Shown here: positions 35,618-44,937 of the stretch, piece after piece
Numbering within the stretch: the first letter of the stretch is position 1
Layout of the letters: each line of letters opens with the position of its first letter
Source of the DNA: Thermoanaerobaculia bacterium
Lineage (GTDB): Bacteria > Acidobacteriota > Thermoanaerobaculia > Multivoradales > DATKCC01
DNA length: 64,000 bases
Reading direction: 5' to 3'
NCBI GenBank assembly: GCA_033762835.1
Contig: JANRLG010000305.1
Coordinates: 23,508-87,507 of the forward strand
Program-made: the position numbers and the translations under genes
Notes under the pieces: generated by a model
Databases searched by the model: none
Told to the model about the DNA's origin: nothing
The model's input: the letters and a program-made list of their open reading frames with translations, nothing else

Positions 35618-37516
35618 CTAGACCTCTGCCAGGTTGCCCTTTTCGGTCAGCCACTGGCGGCGGTCGGCGGCGCGCTTCTTGGCCAGCAGGAGATCGAGCA
35701 CGGGCGCGGGCGGGGCACCGCTTTCGTCGTCCAGGGTTAGGCACACCAGGCGGCGCGTGTCGCGGTCCATGGTGGTTTCGCGCAGTTGGCTCGGGTTCAT
35801 TTCCCCTAGACCCTTGAAGCGCTGGACGTTGATTTTGCCGCGCACGCCCTCGGTCTCGAGGCGCTCGAGGATCTGCCGGCGCTCGTCGTCGTCGAGGGCG
35901 TAGAAGACCTGCTTGCCGACATCGATGCGGAAGAGCGGCGGCATGGCGACGTGAACCCGGTGTTCGGCGACCAAAGCGGGGAAGTGGCGCACGAACAGGG
36001 CGCACAGAAGGCTCGCGATGTGCGCGCCGTCGGAGTCGGCATCGGCCAGGATGCAGACCTTGCCGTACCGTAGGCCGGCCAGATCCGGCGACCCCGGGTC
36101 GACGCCCACGGCGACGGCGATGTCGTGGACCTCCTGGGAGCCGAGGACTTCCGACGAGTCCACCTCCCAAGTGTTCAGAATCTTGCCGCGCAGCGGCAGG
36201 ATGGCCTGGTACTCGCGGTCCCGCGCCTGCTTGGCGGAGCCGCCCGCGGAGTCCCCTTCGACCAGGAACAACTCGGTTTCACCCAGTTCCTTGCTCGAGC
36301 AGTCGGCCAGTTTGCCGGGCAGGGCCGGTCCGCTGGTGATGCGCTTGCGGAGCACCTGGCGATCCGCCTTGAGCCGTGCCTGGGCGCTTTCGATCGCCAG
36401 CCGGGCGATCTCGAGGGCCTCCTCGGTGTGTTGGTTCAGCCACAGCGAGAGGCTGTCCTTGACGACGCCTGAAACGAAGGTGGCGGCGTCCCGGTTCGAC
36501 AGCCGCTCCTTGGTTTGGCCGGCGAACTGGGGGTCCTTGATCCGCAGCGAGAGCACGAAGGCGCAGCGGCTCCAGACGTCCTCCGGCGTAATCCGCACGC
36601 CCCGGGGCAGCAGGTCGCGGAATTCGCAGAACTCGCGCAGCGCGTCGGTCAGGCCGGTGCGGAAGCCGTTGGTATGGGTGCCCCCCTGGGGGGTCGGAAT
36701 CAGGTTGACGTAACTCTCCTGAACGGCTTCCCCGGCTTCCGGCAGCCAGACCACGGCCCAGTCGAGCTCCCGCTCGTCGCCCACCACGTGGCCGACCATG
36801 GGCGGAGCAGGCACCGTCACGGCCCCCTGGAGTTCGTCCTTCAGGTAGTCCGACAGGCCGTCCTCGTAGTGCCATTCCTGGTCGTCCTCGGGGTGACCTT
36901 CGTGGCTGAAGCGCAGGGTCAACCCGCTGCACAACACGGCCTTGGCCTTGAGGGCGTGCTTCAGGCGCGGCACGCTCACCTTGGGCGAGTCGAAGAAGCT
37001 GCCGTCGGGCCAGAAGCGAACCTGGGTGCCGGTGTTCTTCTGGCCGACGGTGCCGACCTCGTGGAGCTCCACCGTCTTCTGCCCGTCGGCGAAGGCCATG
37101 GCCCAGACCTTGCCTCCGCGCTTGACCGTCACATCGAGTCGCGAGGAGAGCGCATTCACCACCGAGACGCCGACGCCGTGAAGGCCGCCCGAGTAGCGGT
37201 AACTCTTGTTCGAGAACTTGGCTCCGGAGTGCAGGCGAGTGAGGATCACCTCGACGCCCGACACGCCTTCCTCCGGATGGAGATCCACCGGCATCCCGCG
37301 ACCATCGTCCTCGACGGTCACCGAACCGTCCTCGTGAAGGGTCACTGCGATCCTCGAGGCGAACCCCGCCACCGCTTCGTCGACCGAATTGTCGACCACT
37401 TCCTGAACGAGATGGTTGGGGCGTTCCGTCTGGGTGTACATGCCCGGGCGCTTACGCACGGGTTCCAGTCCACGCAGGACTTCAAGGGCGGAGGCGTCGT
37501 AGATCGGGGTGGTCAT
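35618..37516 (-). CDS. type IIA DNA topoisomerase B subunit (ParE/GyrB-like)
   Basis: GHKL ATPase region, TOPRIM 'EGDSAGG', 632 aa. No adjacent A subunit. Confidence 0.85.
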   Translation of the reverse strand: MTTPIYDASALEVLRGLEPVRKRPGMYTQTERPNHLVQEVVDNSVDEAVAGFASRIAVTLHEDGSVTVEDDGRGMPVDLHPEEGVSGVEVILTRLHSGAKFSNKSYRYSGGLHGVGVSVVNALSSRLDVTVKRGGKVWAMAFADGQKTVELHEVGTVGQKNTGTQVRFWPDGSFFDSPKVSVPRLKHALKAKAVLCSGLTLRFSHEGHPEDDQEWHYEDGLSDYLKDELQGAVTVPAPPMVGHVVGDERELDWAVVWLPEAGEAVQESYVNLIPTPQGGTHTNGFRTGLTDALREFCEFRDLLPRGVRITPEDVWSRCAFVLSLRIKDPQFAGQTKERLSNRDAATFVSGVVKDSLSLWLNQHTEEALEIARLAIESAQARLKADRQVLRKRITSGPALPGKLADCSSKELGETELFLVEGDSAGGSAKQARDREYQAILPLRGKILNTWEVDSSEVLGSQEVHDIAVAVGVDPGSPDLAGLRYGKVCILADADSDGAHIASLLCALFVRHFPALVAEHRVHVAMPPLFRIDVGKQVFYALDDDERRQILERLETEGVRGKINVQRFKGLGEMNPSQLRETTMDRDTRRLVCLTLDDESGAPPAPVLDLLLAKKRAADRRQWLTEKGNLAEV

Positions 37517-37668
37517 CGTGCGGCTGAGGGCGAGCGAGTCGGCAGCGGTCGCAGGCGTCGTAATCCGTTTCGAGAGGTGGCGATGATACCCAATGCACCT
37601 GGCGATCGTCGCCCTGAACTTTTTTTCCTTTGCGGGGTCCTAGTCGAAGAAGGATCGAGGAGTAGGGA

Positions 37669-38532
37669 ATGTCGACCCATACCGCCACCGTAGGCCCCGC
37701 CGACCATTTCGAGTATCTCCGCCACCGTGTGCGGTTCGATCCGGCGGCGGCGCCCCGGCTGTTGGCCGAGCTTCTTCGGGAGGACCGTGCCGTGGAAATG
37801 CCCCGCGACCCGCAGGTTTGGACGGCCCTCGTCGAACACGGTGATTCGAACACTCTGGCCCGCGCCGTTCTCTCCGGCCTCCAGCCGGGGCAGATGCAGG
37901 TGTTGAGTCTCGATGCCGGCTTGCGCTTCGACTGCCTCGACGCCCTGGAGCGGCACGCCTGGGCCCTGGTGGCCGAGGATCGGGCGCCCGTCCTGCCACC
38001 GGATGGTTATCCGGCCCTGTTGGCGGAGAAAGTCTTCGAGCCTCTGGGGATGTTCGCCGAGGCGGCGGCCCTCTATGCCCTTGGCCATGACGATCGCGAC
38101 GCCTCCGGCAAACCCCTCGATCGCCTCACCCGGGCCGTGATGTGTTACCGCTTGGCGCGCAGTCTCGGCCGCCTGGCCCAAGACGAACCGGAATGGCGGT
38201 CCTGTGCTCTCGAGCTCATGGCGAGCGCCTGCCACGCCTGTGAACCCAAGTCGCCGGAACGGCTCGGCAGTGACCCGACGGGCCTACGGCTTCGCTTGCA
38301 TGGTTATCAGTGGCTGGGCGCCCGCTGGGCCGCCGATGGTCGCGAGGCCGAGGCGCGCCAGGCTTTCGAACGGGCGATCCGCGCGGCCCTGGAGCTCGGG
38401 GAAGGGGAGTTGGCAGTGGCTCTCGAGGCCTTCAGCCGTTACTCGTTGGGTCCGGCGAACGATGGAGTTCCAGTTCCCACTCTACCGTCGCCCAATCGGC
38501 GGCCGTCGAGCGGATCACGTTCGTCGCGCTGA
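37669..38532 (+). CDS. hypothetical alpha-helical protein
   Basis: Long ORF with coding-like composition. Its 3' end overlaps the convergent caspase gene. Confidence 0.3.
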   Translation: MSTHTATVGPADHFEYLRHRVRFDPAAAPRLLAELLREDRAVEMPRDPQVWTALVEHGDSNTLARAVLSGLQPGQMQVLSLDAGLRFDCLDALERHAWALVAEDRAPVLPPDGYPALLAEKVFEPLGMFAEAAALYALGHDDRDASGKPLDRLTRAVMCYRLARSLGRLAQDEPEWRSCALELMASACHACEPKSPERLGSDPTGLRLRLHGYQWLGARWAADGREAEARQAFERAIRAALELGEGELAVALEAFSRYSLGPANDGVPVPTLPSPNRRPSSGSRSSR

Positions 38533-40417
38533 CCCGGCCGCGGAGCCAGGCCGCGAGGAACTCGTCGAGCGGGGAGCGGAACACCGTCGGCGGCACGGGC
38601 GGCGCGGCCGGCGCCGTCAAAGCTGGTAGCTCCAACCACTCGAAACTCGCTGGGCGCTCGGAGGCGATAACTTTCAGCACCGCCCGGCCGCGTTCGGCGC
38701 CGGCCGGCAGCTCGCCCACGGCGAGCAGCACGGGGGTGCTCTCCCCGGGGCCCAAGCTCGACCACGGGCCGAGGGGCCACAGCTGCTCGATGCTCCAGTC
38801 GGCACCGAGCGACAGGAGTGTCACGTACAGCACACGGTCGCTGTGATTGGCCGCGGCCAAGGTGAAGCTCCGGCCCGCCGGGAAATGGCCGGGCTCGGTG
38901 ACGATCCGGCGGTCGATGGCGAGCGTGACGGCGTCCCGCAGTTGGCTCGCCGAGTCGCGGTTGCGCAGGGTTCTCACGCCCTCGAAGCGCGCCCAGTGGG
39001 CGAGGCGCCGAACGAGTTCGGAGGCGGCGTTCGGTGCGTTCGAATCGAGGGGCGGACCGAGCGCGAGGATCTCGCCCAGAGTGGTGGTGACGGCAAACCG
39101 GCCATCCGCGCCGACCTCGATCCGAAGATCCGCGACTTCGTCCGCCGCCGCCGCCCGCAAGAAGGATTCGCGCTCCGGACTCGGCGCGGTCAGCAGGACC
39201 GCCAACTCGGTCAGCTCGGCGGCCGCTCCGACCAACCGTGCCCGTCGGAGCAAGCGCCACGGCGCGGGAGACAGCAGACCCAAGAGCTCGCCGGGCTCGA
39301 TCCGCACGGGAGGACCGTCGCCGACCGCGTGAACGACGCTGCTGTGATCGTCGACCGACTGGGCTTCGAAAACGGTGGTCGCGAACGCACCCAGGGGAAA
39401 GCGGAAGAGGGCGCCCGGGGCGAGGCCTTGCAGAGCCCCGGCGGCCAGTCGGAGCCCGCCATCTTCCCTAGTTTCGAGCACGGCCACACCCCGCGGCGCG
39501 GCGACCGGCTCCCGACCCAGGAAAACCCGATCGAGAACTCCCTCCGCTTGCGGCGTTTGGCGCGAGCCGGCCAGGAGCAAAGCGGACTGGGTGCGCCGGA
39601 GCAACTCGCGGTAGGTCGCCCCGCCCGGCCCGGCGCGCCGCAGAGCCGACAGCAACGAAGCCGTGAACAAGCCGCCCACGCTGCCGTCTTCGAGCGGGGC
39701 TTCGAGGGCCAACTCGTGGGCGGCACAGGCCGCCAGGAGGGTGTGGCGCGAGCCCGCGAGCCAGGGATGGCAGGCGGCGTCGCCCCAGCCAGCGGCGCGA
39801 CGGGCGGCGAAGGCCCGCAGTGTGGCGAGATCGGCGACCGCCGACGGGAGTTCGTCGCAGGCGCGGCGCAGGCAGTGCGCGCCGCGCACGCGGACCCGGG
39901 GCTCGGCGCGAAGAGCACCGCCGGCGAAGCAGGCATCGAGGATGACCACGGTATCGATCTCGCGGGCGGCGAGCTCCGCGAGTAGATAGGCCAACTCGAG
40001 ATCGTGGAGGAGCCGGCCTTCGGCAGCGGCGGCATCGTAGGGCACTAGGCACTCGTCGAGACCGGGGCGGCGCTCCGGGAGCAGGCTCGGCACCCGCACG
40101 CCGTGACCCGAGAAGTAGAACAGGACGATGTCGCCCGGCTCGGCGCGGGTGGCCATCCGCCGCCAAGCGCCGACGATTTGGGCATAACCTGGGCGATCCG
40201 CGGGGGCCTCGCGGGGTTCGGCGGTGAGTCCGCGGGAGGCGGTCAGCAGGCACAGGTCCTCGGGTGGCAGTCCGAGGTCGCGCTCTAGGTAAGCGTGAAA
40301 CTTGCGCGCATCGCGCACGCCGCCGTCGAGGCCTTCGAAATCGAACTCGCGTCCAATCGGGCTGTCGGCGTAGCGGTCGATGCCGACCACCAGAGCGTGG
40401 GCTCGCGGCCGGCTCAT
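38432..40417 (-). CDS. caspase-domain (peptidase C14) protein with ~430-aa C-terminal extension
   Basis: Caspase core runs 'ALVVGIDRYADSP' to 'IVLFYFSGHGV' (His) to 'VVILDACFAGG' (Cys). Start ATGA-coupled to the upstream gene. Confidence 0.75.
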   Translation of the reverse strand: MSRPRAHALVVGIDRYADSPIGREFDFEGLDGGVRDARKFHAYLERDLGLPPEDLCLLTASRGLTAEPREAPADRPGYAQIVGAWRRMATRAEPGDIVLFYFSGHGVRVPSLLPERRPGLDECLVPYDAAAAEGRLLHDLELAYLLAELAAREIDTVVILDACFAGGALRAEPRVRVRGAHCLRRACDELPSAVADLATLRAFAARRAAGWGDAACHPWLAGSRHTLLAACAAHELALEAPLEDGSVGGLFTASLLSALRRAGPGGATYRELLRRTQSALLLAGSRQTPQAEGVLDRVFLGREPVAAPRGVAVLETREDGGLRLAAGALQGLAPGALFRFPLGAFATTVFEAQSVDDHSSVVHAVGDGPPVRIEPGELLGLLSPAPWRLLRRARLVGAAAELTELAVLLTAPSPERESFLRAAAADEVADLRIEVGADGRFAVTTTLGEILALGPPLDSNAPNAASELVRRLAHWARFEGVRTLRNRDSASQLRDAVTLAIDRRIVTEPGHFPAGRSFTLAAANHSDRVLYVTLLSLGADWSIEQLWPLGPWSSLGPGESTPVLLAVGELPAGAERGRAVLKVIASERPASFEWLELPALTAPAAPPVPPTVFRSPLDEFLAAWLRGRVSATNVIRSTAADWATVEWELELHRSPDPTSNG

Positions 40418-41748
40418 GGCCGTCGAGGCACCGCCAGGCGCACCGCCGGGTCCCCGATCAGGACGTAGGAGCGCGCGTCTCGCGCGGCGATCCACAGGAT
40501 GCCCAGCCAACGGGGGTCGACGTCGCCTCGCTCCCCTTCGAGCGCTTCGTGCAGCTCGTGCAGGATGTCGCCGTAGCGCGCGCCGAAGCCATGCAGTGCG
40601 TCCCCCACGCGGCGTCCCTCGAGCAGGCCCCGCAGGGCCTCGCGGTAAACCTCGCGGCCGCCGTCGAGCCGATAGGAGTAGGGCCAGGCGAGGTCGACGT
40701 GGCCGATGAAGGCGAGTGCCCCGCCCCGGGGGTGGGTGAGCAGGCGCCGCGGCAGTGCCGAGACGAACGCCGAGGGCGCGAGCGGCGCGGGTTCCGCGCG
40801 ACCGAGGGCGGGGGCGAAGCCTTCGACGGCGGGCGTGCCCGCGGTGCAGCAGCCGAAGGCGAACACGATCAGACCGGCGACGTCGAGCTCGTCGTCGATG
40901 TCTTCAGCCGCGAGGAAGTGGCCACCGCTCATGCCCGTCCCAGGCCAGTCGGCGCAAACCACCGCGCCCTGCCCGGCGGCTTGACGCTCGTCGGCAGCAG
41001 GAAAGGCCAAGCCGTGGCTGGCGAGAAAAACCAGCGCCGGCGCCTCGGACCCGCCGAGCAGCGACCGGATCCGGTCCTTGGTAGCGCCTGCGCCGATCTC
41101 GGCGATCAGCGACCAATCCGGCTCGTCGGTCAAAGCCTCGGCCAGGGGCGCCAGCAACTCGTCGGCCGACAACTCGGTCGCCCGGTCGCCGGCAAAACGC
41201 GGCCCCGCCAGCGCCCACGAGCGCTGCCGCCGACGCCGACCGCTTTCCGCCGCCACGACGCCGCGGGCATAACGCTCGTAGTCGTCGGGCGTAGCGAAGT
41301 CCAGGCGCCCCACCGAGCGCGCCTGGTCGAAGGCGTACTGGCGCTCCCAGGGCAAACCCTCCGGTTCCCCCACGAGCAGCAAATAGTCGGGGTCCGTGAC
41401 CTCGTCCCGAGCCGCCCCGAGCGGTACCAATCCGAGACCCTTGCGCGTAGCGGCCTCCGGCACCAGTTCGAACTCTCCCACCCGCTCCCCGAACCGCTGT
41501 CGGCGCCAAGCGATCAACGGCTCCAGCGCCTCCCGCAGCTCCAAAGCCCCCGGCCCGAAAGCCACCCCCCAGCGCTCATACCCCGGCGCCCGCGACCGCG
41601 CCTTCGAGCCTCCAAACTGCATCCGCTCCCGCCCCGCGAGCAAAGCCCGACCCACCGCCGCCGGTTCCGCAGCGCCCCGGAACGGCTCGCCCCGCAAACC
41701 ATCGAGGCCGTTCCAGATGTGGGTGTCGTCGGGGTGGGGGGCGGGCAT
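40414..41748 (-). CDS. putative clan-CD (caspase/CHAT-like) cysteine peptidase homologue
   Basis: 'ALVFLASHGL' and 'LIVFAFGCCTAG' form a candidate His/Cys dyad in caspase-like order. The N-terminal 250 aa are unassigned. Confidence 0.45.
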   Translation of the reverse strand: MPAPHPDDTHIWNGLDGLRGEPFRGAAEPAAVGRALLAGRERMQFGGSKARSRAPGYERWGVAFGPGALELREALEPLIAWRRQRFGERVGEFELVPEAATRKGLGLVPLGAARDEVTDPDYLLLVGEPEGLPWERQYAFDQARSVGRLDFATPDDYERYARGVVAAESGRRRRQRSWALAGPRFAGDRATELSADELLAPLAEALTDEPDWSLIAEIGAGATKDRIRSLLGGSEAPALVFLASHGLAFPAADERQAAGQGAVVCADWPGTGMSGGHFLAAEDIDDELDVAGLIVFAFGCCTAGTPAVEGFAPALGRAEPAPLAPSAFVSALPRRLLTHPRGGALAFIGHVDLAWPYSYRLDGGREVYREALRGLLEGRRVGDALHGFGARYGDILHELHEALEGERGDVDPRWLGILWIAARDARSYVLIGDPAVRLAVPRRP

Positions 41749-41966
41749 CAGGCGCCTTTCGACTTGCCGCGAGCACTCCGAGTTGTCGGCCGAGGCTTAT
41801 TGCGCTTCGGTGCAGCTTTCGCCTTGGGCGTAGCGGGAGCTTGGAAGCTGTTGGTCGGGGGGTCGGGGGGGACTGGATCCCCTCCAGGCTTTGTCCCCTG
41901 GGCGGGCGTCGGAGAAGGGGGATTGTCCTCCGGACGGAAGACTTCTGCTTTGTGTTCATCGTGCAT
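41748..41966 (-). CDS. small Pro/Lys-rich basic ORF coupled to the clan-CD gene
   Basis: 72 aa. Stop overlaps the next ATG by 1 nt (TGATG). The composition is not decisive. Confidence 0.2.
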   Translation of the reverse strand: MHDEHKAEVFRPEDNPPSPTPAQGTKPGGDPVPPDPPTNSFQAPATPKAKAAPKRNKPRPTTRSARGKSKGA

Positions 41967-42054
41967 GGTTCTTGGTCTCCTAAGCGGGTATCAAGTGCCC
42001 CAGGAGGAGCTGCCGTCGCCCGCTAGGTGCAATACCCGAACTCTTTCCAGAGGT

Positions 42055-44937
42055 TTAGTTCCCTGGCGCTCCGAAAATTTGAAAGGCTGCCCAAAGAGCT
42101 GGATGATGTCGGCCGACGCGGCTTCTCTGATTTAGCTGAGCCCTGCGAAGTGCCAAGTGTGGGTCGAGCCCACTCCCGAGCGCGTCGTAAAAGTCCTCCA
42201 TCAGTTCGGAGGTGGCCTGGTTGTCGATCGGCCACAGGCTCGCAAGAACTTGTTTGGCTCCAGCCCCCAGGATTGCATTTGTTAGGCCGTACAGACCCTC
42301 ACCGCGAACGTCGCCAACTCCTGACTCGCATGCAGCGAGTGTCACGAGGCTTGCCGAAAGTTCAAGCTCCCTGATTTCGAATGCATAGACGCTCTTACCG
42401 AGTCCTGAGCCGTCAAAGATCAAAGCGGAGGAGTCGGGCCAACTGGAATCTGCTGACCCGTGGGAAGCGATGTGCAATTGGCAGAAGGGCTTGAGGCCCG
42501 GGCCGAGAACATCAGTTCGGGTAGCTCTGATCAAGGTAATGTCTGAGCTGTACGCTCTCAGAGCTCGGCCGTCATCAGAGAAGTCGCTGCTCCCTTCCGA
42601 GGTAGTGATCAATCCAACACCCGAGCAGTTACGTTGGCGGCGTCGAATCTCCAAGACGCTTGCCAGGGACGGGGCGATGGAGAGTCCGAATCGATCCACG
42701 AGTTGCGCTTCGGGCGTCTCAGGATCTGCAACGACGGCAAACGGAACGCGATGAAGGGCTCCATCGGGACTGATCTGTAGCCTCTGGGCCCAGATCTTTG
42801 GGGTAAGGGGTGCCCAAACCAGTTTCGAGAACGCTGAAGCCGCGGTTCGAAAGTGCCCTTCTCTATCGGAAGATCGCGATTCTGCGGCGGCAATGGCAAG
42901 GTCGAGAGCAACACGCTCGATCTCAGCGCCTGGCGGCAACGAGACCAGATCGAAGTGATTCCGGTCGATAATCCAGGCGAGGCTTCGTTCCCTTCCGAGA
43001 AAGAAGGAGATGAATTGCTCATCTGGCCTGAGCTGCGCCTTGAGTTCGTTTAGACTGAGCCTTGCTGACGACGACGGGAACGAAGGCTTCTTGGCAGGTC
43101 TTCTGCGGAGGGCAGCACTGAGTTGAATTTCGGCTCTCTGTCTAGAGAATAGAGCTCTCAGCTCGCGCCAACCCGGCGGCATGCGTCGCGTTAGGTCCGC
43201 AATCTTCTGGTCGAGTTGGGCCAGCTCCGGCCGGAGCCCCAGAGAATAGAGACTGCTCTCCTCTTGCCGGTAGGGGGCCCGCTGGAGTCTTTCCCTCAAG
43301 GCCGGAGCCCGTGAGCCGTCAACAATCATGAAAGCCTGCTCGGCATAGTGTTGATCCCCTTGACGATCAGCTGCGGACAGAAGCAAATTGACTGCGGCTT
43401 CGAGGTGTTGAGATCGGGTAGACCAGAATGAGACCCTGAGGGCTTCAGAGTCAGGATCCTGACGCTGTTGTTCCATTTCGCTCAGCGACAATTGGAGTCT
43501 ATCCACGGCCTCGCGCAAATGGCCTTCTTCGTAGAAGATTTTCGCCTCGACTCGATGCACGAATGCACGGGTGCTGGCATCGGCAAGTAACGGGAATTCC
43601 AGGGCTTTCGATAGTGCATCACGGGCCGATTGCAGTCGGCCACGTTCTATTTCCGAAAGAGCCAGGAAGGCCCAAGATGCAGCGTGTTCTGGACCTCTAG
43701 GACGGAGCTCGGAAGACTTTCGGAATAACTCAGAGGCGCTGGCGTAGTTCCCCGCATCAAAGTTGGCCCAGCCGCCAGCGTATGCGATCTCCGCCTGGAC
43801 GGCCAAGGGCAGCGTTGTCGGCACTATCTCTGCGATGGTCTGAATAGCCTCAGAGGGTTTTTCGAGTCCAATCTGTATGAGGGCATATGCCACCAAGGCT
43901 CTCGCCTTCGTGTCCGGTGTCTCAGCCAGCTTGTACTGACGCTTCGTTACGCGGAGTGCCTCCTCAAGACGGCCCAAGCGTCGCAGGGCTCGACTAAGAT
44001 CCCGCAGTGCCTCAGAAAGTTCTCTGCGATTTTCTGCGACCGAGAGAACTCCCGTTTGGAATCGCAGGAAATCGACTGCGGTTTCCAGCCGCCCGATGCG
44101 CATTGCTTCGAAAGCCATGCAGGCGGCTCGGCGGGCCGCCGCATGTGGAAGTTGCGACGAAAGGCGCGCAAGGACGACCTCGCTGAAGTAATCGAATTCG
44201 GATACGTCTCCCTCGGCAATGAGGTGTCTTACTATTTCGCATCCAGCTTCGCCGATTAGCTCGATCTCTTCTATCTGAAGAAGGGGTTTCCAGATTGAGC
44301 GGTAGAGGGCGTAGCTCTGTTCGCTGTCCCCCTGCTCTTTGAGCACGAAAGCTAGATGCCGCTGGGCCACTACGGCCCAGCGCGGTTCAGCGAGGCCAGC
44401 CCAAAGTGCGACGGCACGCCGGTGGTGCTCCTCGGCCTGGGCGTAGAGCGGTTCAGGCTGCTGCTCCTCAAGACGAATACCCTCGAACAGTTCCCTCGAG
44501 GCTTGCGTTCGACGAACGTCATAGGCAGAAGGCGATCTAGGTCCATCTACTGATGCCCGGAAGCGGCCATCGAACTCCTCCCACGCATACACCTCCACCC
44601 GCAGCACCTCGGCCTTTTCCGCAATCCAAGACATCGTCTCGGCGCCGTGCGTTCCGGTGTACGAATTCCCATGAAACAGCAGCTTCCCCCGCGAGTCGTA
44701 CAGGCGGATCCCGGCGTCGATGTCGTCGTTCTGCTCGACGTCGATACGGAGGTATTCCCCGGCTTTCATGGGGAAGAAGTAGTTGCGGCTCTCACCGATG
44801 CCCAGGGTGCGCTCGTCGAGGGGGCGCAGGGGGGCCGGGCCGGTGGGCGCGGCGTGGGCGGCCCTGGCGAGGGCCAGGGGGAGGAGGAGGGCCAGGAGGG
44901 CCGCCCCGGCGAGGTTACGGCGCGCGGTCGGTGGCAA
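42055..44937 (-). CDS. secreted TPR-repeat protein with C-terminal CHAT protease domain
   Basis: Proposed TTG start gives signal peptide 'PPTARRNLAGAALLALLLPLALARAAHA'. TPR-like helical repeats follow. CHAT block 'LHIASHG ... LVTLAACESG ... VLASLWPIDN'. The body is lower-GC than its flanks. Confidence 0.75.
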   Translation of the reverse strand: MPPTARRNLAGAALLALLLPLALARAAHAAPTGPAPLRPLDERTLGIGESRNYFFPMKAGEYLRIDVEQNDDIDAGIRLYDSRGKLLFHGNSYTGTHGAETMSWIAEKAEVLRVEVYAWEEFDGRFRASVDGPRSPSAYDVRRTQASRELFEGIRLEEQQPEPLYAQAEEHHRRAVALWAGLAEPRWAVVAQRHLAFVLKEQGDSEQSYALYRSIWKPLLQIEEIELIGEAGCEIVRHLIAEGDVSEFDYFSEVVLARLSSQLPHAAARRAACMAFEAMRIGRLETAVDFLRFQTGVLSVAENRRELSEALRDLSRALRRLGRLEEALRVTKRQYKLAETPDTKARALVAYALIQIGLEKPSEAIQTIAEIVPTTLPLAVQAEIAYAGGWANFDAGNYASASELFRKSSELRPRGPEHAASWAFLALSEIERGRLQSARDALSKALEFPLLADASTRAFVHRVEAKIFYEEGHLREAVDRLQLSLSEMEQQRQDPDSEALRVSFWSTRSQHLEAAVNLLLSAADRQGDQHYAEQAFMIVDGSRAPALRERLQRAPYRQEESSLYSLGLRPELAQLDQKIADLTRRMPPGWRELRALFSRQRAEIQLSAALRRRPAKKPSFPSSSARLSLNELKAQLRPDEQFISFFLGRERSLAWIIDRNHFDLVSLPPGAEIERVALDLAIAAAESRSSDREGHFRTAASAFSKLVWAPLTPKIWAQRLQISPDGALHRVPFAVVADPETPEAQLVDRFGLSIAPSLASVLEIRRRQRNCSGVGLITTSEGSSDFSDDGRALRAYSSDITLIRATRTDVLGPGLKPFCQLHIASHGSADSSWPDSSALIFDGSGLGKSVYAFEIRELELSASLVTLAACESGVGDVRGEGLYGLTNAILGAGAKQVLASLWPIDNQATSELMEDFYDALGSGLDPHLALRRAQLNQRSRVGRHHPALWAAFQIFGAPGN

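Noticed and set aside
33062-37693. Several long ORFs antisense to the oxidoreductase, NapH-like and topoisomerase genes
   Set aside because: Low-complexity, Arg/Gly/His-rich translations (33062..33949 minus, 34692..36170 minus, 36515..37693 plus). These are high-GC shadow ORFs.
38843-42135. Plus-strand ORFs 38843..39985 and 40264..42135 opposite the caspase genes
   Set aside because: Arg/Gly/Pro-rich shadow frames. The minus strand carries clear caspase catalytic motifs.
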